NCBI GenBank assembly: GCA_964575605.1
Contig: CAZNRN010000006.1
Span: 6,849 to 70,848, forward strand
Reading direction: 5' to 3'
Length of the DNA stretch: 64,000 nt
Source of the DNA: an uncultured Micavibrio sp.
Lineage (GTDB): Bacteria; Pseudomonadota; Alphaproteobacteria; Micavibrionales; UBA2020
Made by a program: the position numbers and the translations under genes. The notes below the pieces were generated by a model. That model had not been told where the DNA came from and made no database searches. It saw only the letters and a program-made list of their open reading frames with translations. Below are positions 12,878-21,772 of this stretch, in pieces. Every line of letters starts with the position of its first letter. Within the stretch, counting starts at the first letter, position 1.

Positions 12878-13372
12878 CTGACAAGATACTCCGTCACACG
12901 GCGGAAACTTTTGAAAACGCTCCTCGCGCTCGGCGCGGGGGGCGTTTTTCTTTCTGCGCCCGTGGCCGGCAGGGTTTGCGTGGCGCTGGCCGAAGGGCCT
13001 TTCACGTTTGAATCATTTGTGGTGCTTTCCACCCTCGTCACCATGCAGGGCAAGCTCGATATCGCGACCGCGCATCGTATCCATGATGTGCTTCAGAAGG
13101 AACCTGGCGCGCCGGATTACATGGCCGCCGTTTACGCCAAACTCTCGCGCGCGTTGCGGGGCGGCGGTGCGGAAAAGCTGACGGAAGGGGAGGCGTGGTT
13201 CGCAGACCACCTGCTGAAAATCTGGTATCTTGGCATTTATTATCATGAAAGCAGCCCGCCGCTGCGCCTTGCCTATGATACCGCGCTGATGTTCCGCGCG
13301 GGCGGCGGCGTCATCCCCGTGCCGCTCCTCGAAAACGCGCCCTTTGGCAGCTGGGCGGAAAAACCCGCATGA
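12878..13372 (+). CDS. Tat-exported small (gamma) subunit of an FAD sugar/polyol dehydrogenase; probable CTG start
   Basis: TRRKLLK twin-arginine signal with ALA cleavage site; C-terminal LLKIWYLG...LAYDTALM...P...FGSWAEKP; overlaps the GMC gene by ATGA. The only ATG/GTG/TTG codons upstream of the RR motif lie deep inside the bcsS-like gene. Confidence 0.7.
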   Translation: MTRYSVTRRKLLKTLLALGAGGVFLSAPVAGRVCVALAEGPFTFESFVVLSTLVTMQGKLDIATAHRIHDVLQKEPGAPDYMAAVYAKLSRALRGGGAEKLTEGEAWFADHLLKIWYLGIYYHESSPPLRLAYDTALMFRAGGGVIPVPLLENAPFGSWAEKPA

Positions 13373-14970
13373 GCGCCGAAAAAATCACCGCTGAAGTCGC
13401 CATCATCGGCTCCGGCGTCGCGGGTGCGATGGTCGCGTGGAAACTGGCCAGCCTCGGCATCAAAAACATCGTGATGGTCGAGGCGGGGCCGCGCATCAAG
13501 CGCGGCGATATCGTGGAGGGGTTTAAAGCTTCGCCGCTTACCGATTTTTCCGCGGGCTACCCGAACACCGCGCATGCGCCGCGCCCCGACTGGAACAATA
13601 AAGACAAGCCCTATATCGACAACATCGGCGCGGTCGCGGCGCGCACCGAATATATCCGCGCCGTCGGCGGCACCACCTGGCACTGGAGCGGCATCACGCC
13701 GCGTTTCCTGCCCGCGGATTTTCGCCTCAAAAGCGAATACGGCGTCGGCGTCGACTGGCCTGTCGGCTATACGGCGCTGGAGCCTTTTTATACGGAAGCG
13801 GAAACCGAAATGGGCGTCGCTGGCGACGATGGCGAGGATACGGGCGCGCCGCGCTCCGCCAAATATCCGCTGCCGCCCGTGCCGCGCAGCTACAGCGACA
13901 AGCATATCGTCGGAAAACTGCAGGGTATGGGGCTTGATTTCATTACGTGCCCCGCAGCACGCGCAACGAAACCGTACCGCGGGCGCGGGCAATGCCAGGG
14001 CTTCGGCACCTGTTCACCCATTTGCCCCAGCGGCGCGCAATATGGCGCGGTCTATCATGTCGAGGCCGCGGAAAAGCTGGGGGTCAGGGTGATCGGCAAC
14101 CTGCGCGCCGACCGCATCGTCGCGAAAGACAGGGCAACGCAAATCACCGCCCGCCGTCCTGATGGCGCAGAGGTGAATATCACCGCAAAAATCTTCGTGG
14201 TCGCGGCAAACGGCATCGAAACGCCGCGCCTGCTGCTGATGTCAGCGGGCGAAAGCGTGCCTGCGGGCATCGCCAACAGCTCGGGCGCGGTGGGACGCAA
14301 TTTCATGGATCACCCGTCGATTTTCTGCTCGCTGCTGCTGAAGGAACCCGTCTGGCCGGGGCGCGGGCCTGAAACCATTATCGCCAGTAATACCTATCGT
14401 GACGGTGCATTCCGGCGCGAAAGGGCGGGCTGGATACTGGGCGTCGGCAACCGGGCGGATTTTCACAACACCACCGATAGCCTGCTGGCGCAGGGTGTTG
14501 CGCCGCGGGATTTGCAAGGGCGCATCCGCGATCAGCTGCAGCGGCAGGTGGGCCTCTCGGCCAGCCTCGAACAGCTGCCCGATGCTGGCAACGGCATCAC
14601 GCTCGACTGGGGCAGGCGCGATACGGCGGGGCAGCCCGTCATCCGCCATGCCTATTCCTATAGCGATTACGAACGCAAGGGCTACGCCCACGCCAAGGCT
14701 GAGCTGGAAAAGGCAGCTAAAGCGCTCGATGCCGATATCGTCTGGATGTCGCCGCTCTCGGCCGTCAGCCACCCGATGGGTATGGCGCGGATGGGGGATG
14801 ACAAAAAAACCTCGGTCACCGACAGCTTCGGGCGCTGCCACGACCATGCGAACCTTTTTATCGCAGGCAGCGCGCTGTTCCCGTCAAGCTCCGCCGCCAA
14901 CCCGACATTGACGATTGCGGCGCTCGCGGTGCGTACGGCGGGCGAGATCGCACGTCAGCTTAAATCATAA
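13369..14970 (+). CDS. GMC-family FAD oxidoreductase, large subunit of a glucose/sorbitol-dehydrogenase-like enzyme
   Basis: GSGVAG FAD motif, AVGGTTWHW, Cys cluster CQGFGTCSPICP, GRNFMDH, HPMG, NPTLTIAAL; no signal peptide. Confidence 0.9.
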   Translation: MSAEKITAEVAIIGSGVAGAMVAWKLASLGIKNIVMVEAGPRIKRGDIVEGFKASPLTDFSAGYPNTAHAPRPDWNNKDKPYIDNIGAVAARTEYIRAVGGTTWHWSGITPRFLPADFRLKSEYGVGVDWPVGYTALEPFYTEAETEMGVAGDDGEDTGAPRSAKYPLPPVPRSYSDKHIVGKLQGMGLDFITCPAARATKPYRGRGQCQGFGTCSPICPSGAQYGAVYHVEAAEKLGVRVIGNLRADRIVAKDRATQITARRPDGAEVNITAKIFVVAANGIETPRLLLMSAGESVPAGIANSSGAVGRNFMDHPSIFCSLLLKEPVWPGRGPETIIASNTYRDGAFRRERAGWILGVGNRADFHNTTDSLLAQGVAPRDLQGRIRDQLQRQVGLSASLEQLPDAGNGITLDWGRRDTAGQPVIRHAYSYSDYERKGYAHAKAELEKAAKALDADIVWMSPLSAVSHPMGMARMGDDKKTSVTDSFGRCHDHANLFIAGSALFPSSSAANPTLTIAALAVRTAGEIARQLKS

Positions 14971-14982
14971 AATGCGGGATTA

Positions 14983-17900
14983 TTAATTAACCTTCATCCA
15001 CTTGTCGACGATCGAGCGTGTGTCGTAGTAAGTGGGGCGCAGTTTCTTGACAATGTCCGACAATGCGTCGAGCGGGAAGTTTTCCTTCGCCTGACGCTCG
15101 AGCCTTGCGCCAAGGTCTGACAGACCGGTGAGGCCGAAGTTGGAGGTCATGCCCTTGATGTCGTGGCCGCGGCCGATCAGGGCCTTCATGTCTTTTTCCT
15201 CGATCGCTTTCTCGGCGGCGGCGATCAGTTCCTCGGTCTTCTGGTAGAGGCCGTCCATCATCTCGTTCATCGCGTCGTTGCCGAGGCTGGCTTTCAACCC
15301 GCCCAGCATATCGGCGCTGAACAGGCGCTGCTGCTCCGCCGTCAATACCATCGGCGCCGCTGCGGCAGCAGGGGCAGCGGGCGCGGCGGTAGCCGGAGCA
15401 GCGGGCGCGGGCTCAGCTGCAGCTGCGGGTGCAGGTGCAGCCGGAGCCGGAGCGGCTGGCGCAGCGGGTGCAGCGGGTGCGGGGGCAACTGCCGCGGGGG
15501 CGGCTGGTGCAGGTGCAGGCGCCGGAGCCGGAGCCGGAGCCGGAGCAGCAGGGGCAACCGGCGCTGCCGGCGGTGCAGCCGGAGCGGGCGCCGGGGGCGC
15601 CGGTGCCGGTGCCACGGGCGCCGCAGCGGCGGGCTGCGCGGGCGGGGGCGGCGGGACGGCGTTCGGGTATCTTTTCTTGGCCAGCGCGATCAGCAGTTTG
15701 CGCAGCGCCTCGGGGTTCACGGGCTTGGTCACGAAATCGTCCATGCCCGCGTCGCGGCAGCGCTGGATGTCTTCCTTGCGCGTATTCGCGGTCATGGCGT
15801 AGACGGTGGTTTTCGCTTTTTGCGCATCGGGCAGGCGGCGGATCATCTGCGTCGCGGTTACGCCGTCGATCTGCGGCATCTCCATGTCCATCAGCACGAC
15901 GTCGAAGACCGGCTTTTCCTTGATTTCGGCCAGCGCCTGTTCCGCGCCGCCGACGGTGATGATCTTGTGCCCGTCTTTTTCCAGCAGGCCCGCCACGACG
16001 CGCTGGTTGATGACGTTGTCGTCGACAACCAGGATCTTCATCGGCACGATGCCCTGCTCGACGCGCTGCTGCGCCTGCTGCGCCTCGGTGATGCCGTAGT
16101 CGAGCGCGAGGATGAAATAGAAAACCGTGCCCTCGCCGGGCTTGGAGGCGATCTGGATCGACGAGCCCATCGCTTCGACGAGGCGTTTGCAAATCGAAAG
16201 GCCAAGGCCCGTGCCGCCGAACTTGCGCGCGGTCGAGGCGTCTGCCTGCTGGTAGGGCTGGAACAGTTTTTTCTGCTGGTCTTCGGTGATGCCGATGCCG
16301 GTATCCTTCACGCCGAAATAGATACGCGGTTTTTTCGCCGTCTTGTCATGCACCTTCACGACCAGCGTCACGCCGCCCTTGTCGGTGAACTTGATGGCGT
16401 TACCGATCAGGTTCAGGAAGATCTGGCGCAGGCGCGTCGGGTCGCCTTTCAGCGCGGCGGGCAGGTCGGGGTCCATCTCCGCCTTGACGTAGATTTTCTT
16501 TTCCTCGGCGCGGCCCGACATCAGCAGCACGACGGATTCGACCAGGCGGACGAGATCGAAGTCGATGTTCTCGATCGTCATCTTGCCTTCCTCGACCTTC
16601 GAGAGGTCAAGGATGTCGTTCAGCATCACCAAAAGCGCATCGCCCGAGTATTGTATGGTGCGCGCGAATTCTTTTTGCTTTTCGGTCAGCGTGGTGTCGA
16701 GCAGCAGGCGGATCATGCCCATGATGCCCGTCATCGGCGTGCGGATCTCGTGGCTGATGACGGCCAGGAAGTCCGATTTCGCCTTGTTCGCGGTCTCGGC
16801 CGCTTCCTTGGCGCGGCGCATGGCCTGCGCGCGCTCGGCCTCGCGGTTCTTCAGGTCGGCCTGCAGTTCTTTTTCACGCTGCAGGATGCCCAGCAGGCGC
16901 GTCTGGTCGGCCAGTTCCTTGGTCTTGCGCAGCTCTTCCGCCTCTTCGCGGCGGCGCTTCATTTCGGCCTGCTCCTGCCGCGTCATTTCCTCGGTCAGCG
17001 CAAGGTGGCGCAGTGCGGCGAAGGACAGTACGGAAAGGTGCAGGATAAAGCATATCCAGTAAAGGTTGGCGGTTGCCGAGGAATAGCCGAGGATGCCGGA
17101 CAGCGTCAGCTCGGTCGCAAGGCCGCCGATCAGCAGCACCGCCCAGGAAAAGGCCAGCGGCATGGCCTGCGGGCGGTTGCCTTTCATGACGGCCATCACG
17201 CCCAGCGCCAGGAAAACGGCAGGGAAGATGATGGGGCCGAGGCGCACGAAGATAGTCGATGAAACGCCCGACACCGCCTCGATCAGCGAGAAGATGGCGA
17301 TCACTGCCACCGACACCGACACGATATTGAGGATAACGCGCACCTTGTCCTTCTTGTCGCGCGTCATCAGCGTATGGCGCGCCAGCGCAGCCGCGACCAG
17401 CGCCGAAAACGCGTAGAGCAGGTCGATATATTGCGCCGCCGTGTTGTTGCCATAGGGGACGAGGTCGTCGGAGGCCGTGAAGATGCAGTATTGCGTCGCC
17501 GTGTAGAGGATCAGCAGGAAGGGCGCCGCCTTGCGGAAGTTGATCCAGAACATCAGGAAGATGCAGGAGATGACGATCGTCGTGATTTTCAGCACGTTAT
17601 TCTGCAGGCCGCTCTGGTCGAGCGCGCTGGTGAAGGAGCCCTGTTCGACCAGTTCCGGCTTGAACGATATGGCGATGCCGGCCGAGGGTTCGATCTGGAT
17701 GCCGATGATCTTGGTCTTGCCGGGCTCAAGCGTGACGGGCAGCGCGTTGCGTTCCTGCCCCATCAGGTGCAGCTTGTTCTTCACGCTGCGGCCGTCCTGC
17801 ATCAGCGGCATGTCGGGGTAGAGGTCGGAATAGACGGCGAACTTGCCCGCGACGCCGACCGTCCCGCCCATGCGCGAGCCAAGGTCAAGCACCCAGCGGC

Positions 17901-18342
17901 TCTTGCCCTGGTTGCGGTTGTAAACGCTGAAGACCACCCATTTGGTGGTCGTGCCGTAGCCGATGAAAAGCTGGTCGCCGTCCTTCGGCGTTTCGCCCTG
18001 TCCCTGCTTGTATTGCATCAGGATTTCGCGGAAGGTCATCTGGCCGGTGGTATCTTCGAAAACCTTCGCCTGCGGCGCAACCGGATAGGCCGAGGCCTTG
18101 CTGGAAATGTAGATAGGTTTGAACAGCTGGGGCTGCTGTTGCTGCACGGGCGCCTGTCCGATGCCGGGCGCGGGCGCCATCTGCGTCACGGCCTGCGCCA
18201 GCATCTGGCTCGGCACGGCGGCCGTGGAGGCAGCGGGCTTCGACGGCGCTGCGTTTTGCGCATGCGCCGTTACGCCCCCCGTCACGAGCACCAGCACAGC
18301 CAACAGGCATCCGACATAAGCTCTCAACCAAACCCCCAGCAT
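14983..18342 (-). CDS. Hybrid sensor histidine kinase: periplasmic domain + 7TM (7TMR-DISM-like), HisKA, HATPase, REC, Pro/Ala linker, HPt
   Basis: SHEIRTPM H-box, NLIGNAIKFT, DTGIGI, GGTGLGL, REC LVVDDN...LMDMEMP...KP, HPt GHDIKGMTSNFG. Confidence 0.93.
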   Translation of the reverse strand: MLGVWLRAYVGCLLAVLVLVTGGVTAHAQNAAPSKPAASTAAVPSQMLAQAVTQMAPAPGIGQAPVQQQQPQLFKPIYISSKASAYPVAPQAKVFEDTTGQMTFREILMQYKQGQGETPKDGDQLFIGYGTTTKWVVFSVYNRNQGKSRWVLDLGSRMGGTVGVAGKFAVYSDLYPDMPLMQDGRSVKNKLHLMGQERNALPVTLEPGKTKIIGIQIEPSAGIAISFKPELVEQGSFTSALDQSGLQNNVLKITTIVISCIFLMFWINFRKAAPFLLILYTATQYCIFTASDDLVPYGNNTAAQYIDLLYAFSALVAAALARHTLMTRDKKDKVRVILNIVSVSVAVIAIFSLIEAVSGVSSTIFVRLGPIIFPAVFLALGVMAVMKGNRPQAMPLAFSWAVLLIGGLATELTLSGILGYSSATANLYWICFILHLSVLSFAALRHLALTEEMTRQEQAEMKRRREEAEELRKTKELADQTRLLGILQREKELQADLKNREAERAQAMRRAKEAAETANKAKSDFLAVISHEIRTPMTGIMGMIRLLLDTTLTEKQKEFARTIQYSGDALLVMLNDILDLSKVEEGKMTIENIDFDLVRLVESVVLLMSGRAEEKKIYVKAEMDPDLPAALKGDPTRLRQIFLNLIGNAIKFTDKGGVTLVVKVHDKTAKKPRIYFGVKDTGIGITEDQQKKLFQPYQQADASTARKFGGTGLGLSICKRLVEAMGSSIQIASKPGEGTVFYFILALDYGITEAQQAQQRVEQGIVPMKILVVDDNVINQRVVAGLLEKDGHKIITVGGAEQALAEIKEKPVFDVVLMDMEMPQIDGVTATQMIRRLPDAQKAKTTVYAMTANTRKEDIQRCRDAGMDDFVTKPVNPEALRKLLIALAKKRYPNAVPPPPPAQPAAAAPVAPAPAPPAPAPAAPPAAPVAPAAPAPAPAPAPAPAPAAPAAVAPAPAAPAAPAAPAPAAPAPAAAAEPAPAAPATAAPAAPAAAAAPMVLTAEQQRLFSADMLGGLKASLGNDAMNEMMDGLYQKTEELIAAAEKAIEEKDMKALIGRGHDIKGMTSNFGLTGLSDLGARLERQAKENFPLDALSDIVKKLRPTYYDTRSIVDKWMKVN
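15352..15666 (-). repeat. Low-complexity Pro/Ala coding repeat (about 105 aa) between REC and HPt
   Basis: PPPPPAQPAAAAPVAPAPAPPAPAPAA...PAAAAAP in the kinase frame. Confidence 0.9.
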
Positions 18343-18722
18343 TCGAGCAAAGTGTATCCGAGCAAAGTGCAGCAGCGTATTTCGTGAAGCAACGCGGCAG
18401 AGAACCCGCCGCGCGAAGTGCCTGTCCTTACAAGAGGATAAGCGCCATCAGGGAAAGCACCCCAACGACCGCCACGGTCGAAACCGTCGCAAAACGTGTG
18501 AAGACGACCCAGTTGTTCCAGGCCTTTTCCGTTTCCTTGTCCATTCCAGTCGCCATCTTGGTAATCCTCTAAAAGAACCGTTTGCACCAAAGAATAATGA
18601 CCTTGGCACAGAGACTCAACATTAGCATGATATTTTTAACAAAAAGTAACTGGAATATCTGGATTTTATGGGGCGCGGCAGCTATCTTCGTTTAAAGGAT
18701 TCTGTCATTGGGTTGGCCGGCT

Positions 18723-20198
18723 ATGTTAAATAAATTTCCCTTTCATGCATTTTTAATCATCTCCCTGATTTCGTTTGGTTTTAGCACCGGCACCGTGGCC
18801 GAGGTAGGGCCGAAGAACGGCGACACATGGCGCCCTGTCCTGCCCAAACCCGTCTCGAGTGTGCCGTCACAGACGCCCGATCCCCTTACCATTGATGGCG
18901 TGGTGATCGACAAGGAAGCCGAAAATTCGGTCGTCGCGCGCGAAAAGGCGCTGGAGGCCATTCCCGAACTCGCTTTCCAGAAGTTTGTCGAAGCCAATAT
19001 GGGGCCGGAAGCCGCCAAGACTGTGGCCGTGCCCAAGGACGTCGCAGCCCTGGTCGCCGATTTCGAGGTCAGCGGCGAACAGATGTCGGCCACCCGTTAC
19101 GTCGGCAAATACACGGTGCGTTTCCGTGACAGCATCCGCAACTATGTCACGGTGAAGGAACCCGAAACCATCATCGCCGCCCAGCCGGGCTATGTCGCCC
19201 CGTCGGGTGACACTGCCGCGGCTGACGCCACGGGCGTGCTGCCGGGCGAGGTCGAACGCGACATGGCGAGCGCTGCCGCCGTCACCGCGCCGCTGGTCGA
19301 GGCCTCGGGCCCGCTGCCGCGCCATGTGCTGGTGCTCCCCTACTTTGAAAACGCCGCAGGGCAGACTGTTTTGTGGGAAGACCCCAACCCCTGGCGCGAC
19401 GTCTGGGTGAACGCGCTGCCGCCGATGCCCGAAAACGGCACGCAGTTCTTCGTGCCGCTGGGCGATGCCAATGACATGTCCGCAGGCCCCACCAACGGCG
19501 TCTGGTCGGGCGATTACGCCATGGTCGAACGCCTGCGCCGCAATTATACCGCAGGCGCGGTCGCGCTGCTGGTCGCGACCAAGTCTGAAAAAACGCTGGG
19601 CATCGACGTTTATATTTATCAGGACGGCAAGCTGTCGCGCCGTGGTTCCATCCATCCCTATGTGGGCGCGGATGTCGCGGGCGGCTGGCACCAGGCGCTA
19701 TCCGGCGCGCTGGAATACCTCCGCCGCCCGCCAACCGCGCAGGCGCAGCCGCGCGTCGAGCAGATCAGCCGCGACATCGTCGGCCAGTACAGCAACACCA
19801 CGACCATCATCGACAGCACAGGCGGCCGCGTGGTGGGCCAGCCCTCGCTGCAGGTCACCAACCAGCCCTATATCCCGGGCAGCGCCGAACAGCGCCAGCC
19901 GGTGCTGACAACCGCAGTTGCAGGCGCGCCCGATGTGAACCCGATCACCGGCGCCTACAGCCCGCGCACGCAGATCGACGCCGAAATGCGCTTCCAGCAG
20001 CTGTCGGCCTGGACGGAAATGCAGCGCCGCCTGAACGGCCTTGCGATCGATATCAAATCGCTTTCCAGCGCAGGCGCTTCCTTCGCGGTCAGTTTTGACG
20101 GCCCGCCCGGCGCGCTGCGCTCCGCGCTTGCCGCCCGCGGCATCGCGATGGACGGCCCCTATCCCGGCGGCGGTTATACCTTCGCGCTCTCGAACTGA
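18723..20198 (+). CDS. DUF2066-like exported protein
   Basis: Signal peptide; VVAREKALE...AFQK, LVADFEVSGEQMSATRYVGKYTVRF, VLVLP..WEDPNPWR; usual position upstream of hdaA. Confidence 0.65.
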   Translation: MLNKFPFHAFLIISLISFGFSTGTVAEVGPKNGDTWRPVLPKPVSSVPSQTPDPLTIDGVVIDKEAENSVVAREKALEAIPELAFQKFVEANMGPEAAKTVAVPKDVAALVADFEVSGEQMSATRYVGKYTVRFRDSIRNYVTVKEPETIIAAQPGYVAPSGDTAAADATGVLPGEVERDMASAAAVTAPLVEASGPLPRHVLVLPYFENAAGQTVLWEDPNPWRDVWVNALPPMPENGTQFFVPLGDANDMSAGPTNGVWSGDYAMVERLRRNYTAGAVALLVATKSEKTLGIDVYIYQDGKLSRRGSIHPYVGADVAGGWHQALSGALEYLRRPPTAQAQPRVEQISRDIVGQYSNTTTIIDSTGGRVVGQPSLQVTNQPYIPGSAEQRQPVLTTAVAGAPDVNPITGAYSPRTQIDAEMRFQQLSAWTEMQRRLNGLAIDIKSLSSAGASFAVSFDGPPGALRSALAARGIAMDGPYPGGGYTFALSN

Positions 20199-20884
20199 TG
20201 ACCAGATCCGCGCAGCTGCCTTTTGATCTCGGCCACCGCGAGGCTTTCGCGCGCGAAGACCTCTGGGTGTCTTCCGCCAACGAGGGCGCGGTCGCCTGGC
20301 TCGACAAATATCCCGACTGGAACGCGCCCGTGCTGGTCATCTACGGCCCGGCGGCGTCCGGCAAGACGCACCTTTGCCATGTCTGGCAGAAAGCCTCCGG
20401 CGCCGTGTCGGTTGCGGGCACCGACCTCGCGCGCATGGGCGCGCTGAACGATTTCCCCAAAGCCTCCATCATCGACGATGCGCAATCGCTGGCGGGTGAC
20501 GCCGCGATGGAAACCGCGCTATTCCATTTCTACAACCGTGCGAAGGAGGAGGGGGCGCATATCCTCCTCACCGGCACCGACGCGCCGAAGGAATGGGGCA
20601 TCGCGCTGCCCGACCTGAAATCGCGGCTGCTGGCAGCACCCGCGGCATCCGTCGGCGCGCCCGATGAACAGCTGATGTCGGTGGTGCTGGCCAAGCTCTT
20701 TTCCGACCGCCAGCTTGTCGTGGGGCAGGACGTGATCGCCTTCATCGTCGCCCGCATCGAGCGCAGTTTCGAGAGTGTGCGGGGCATCGCCACGGCCATC
20801 GACCGCAAGGCGCTGGCCGAAAAACGCGCCGTCACCATCCCGCTGGTGCGCGAAATCCTGCAGGAACAGGGCCGGCTGTTCTAG
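20198..20884 (+). CDS. hdaA: DnaA regulatory inactivator HdaA
   Basis: QLPFDL clamp-binding motif, SSANEGAV, GPAASGKTHL, LFHFYN, LPDLKSRL, RIERS. Confidence 0.88.
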   Translation: MTRSAQLPFDLGHREAFAREDLWVSSANEGAVAWLDKYPDWNAPVLVIYGPAASGKTHLCHVWQKASGAVSVAGTDLARMGALNDFPKASIIDDAQSLAGDAAMETALFHFYNRAKEEGAHILLTGTDAPKEWGIALPDLKSRLLAAPAASVGAPDEQLMSVVLAKLFSDRQLVVGQDVIAFIVARIERSFESVRGIATAIDRKALAEKRAVTIPLVREILQEQGRLF

Positions 20885-21151
20885 TACGTTAACCACATGA
20901 AAACGCGCATGAATCCCGATAGTCTTTGACGCGGGGGCGAATCCATTATACATAATACTCAAGCCGAGTGCATATATTCGGGGCAAAGCGGTTTTCTGGT
21001 GGCCAGACTTTCCCGCCTGCCCGTCACGCACGACCTGCAAAAGAGCCATACCCGTCACCTGTACGCGACGACGACAGGATGATTATTGACCATCGCGGTT
21101 TTACCGCTGGTGACGTGTGTATGACTTGAACAACAGCAGGAGTAAAAAGTC

Positions 21152-21772
21152 ATGATGGCACCACGCAACCGTAAACAGGGATACCTTATTGCCGTCGGCG
21201 GCCCATCGGGCGCCGGCAAATCCACGCTCGCTTCGGGCATCTCGCTGCAGCACGATATCCTCTCCGTCGAAATCGATGTGCTGTGGAAACAGCAGCTGGG
21301 CATCCATCCCACGGCCAAAGCGCCCGACGGTTCCTACAGCAATGCCGCGCGCGACAAGGTGCAGGCGGGTTTTGACGGCGCCTGCGTCTCGGCGCTGGTC
21401 GTCGGCCGTACGGTCATCGCGCAGAAAGCTTTTTTACGTCAGGAAGAACGCGAAGCCATCGAACGCCTGGCGCGCAAATGCGACGCACGTTTCCTCGGCC
21501 TCTGGCTCGACGCACCGCAAGCCGTATTGAAAAAACGCATCATGGAGCGTGACGAGAATTTCTCCGACGCGCCTGCCGCCATCGTCAAGAAACAGGCCGC
21601 CATCGAACGCGGCGAGATGAACTGGCGCGTGATCAACGCGGGGCAGGATGCCGACGATGTGCTTGAAACCGCGCTGCATGCCATCCGCGCGCACGGCCCG
21701 CTGCAGCCCTCGCGCAGGCCTACGCCCGAGCGCTTCCAGCACCTCGAACACCTGCTGACCGGCGGAAAATAA
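21152..21772 (+). CDS. Stand-alone P-loop kinase (AAA_33 / gluconate-kinase-like)
   Basis: GGPSGAGKSTLA Walker A; FLGLWLDAP..VLKKRI..R...SDA lid region. Confidence 0.72.
   Translation: MMAPRNRKQGYLIAVGGPSGAGKSTLASGISLQHDILSVEIDVLWKQQLGIHPTAKAPDGSYSNAARDKVQAGFDGACVSALVVGRTVIAQKAFLRQEEREAIERLARKCDARFLGLWLDAPQAVLKKRIMERDENFSDAPAAIVKKQAAIERGEMNWRVINAGQDADDVLETALHAIRAHGPLQPSRRPTPERFQHLEHLLTGGK

Noticed and set aside
15352-15666. GC-rich short tandem repeats (gccgga/gcaggt units)
   Set aside because: They encode the in-frame Pro/Ala linker and have no repeat-spacer periodicity, so not CRISPR or a non-coding VNTR
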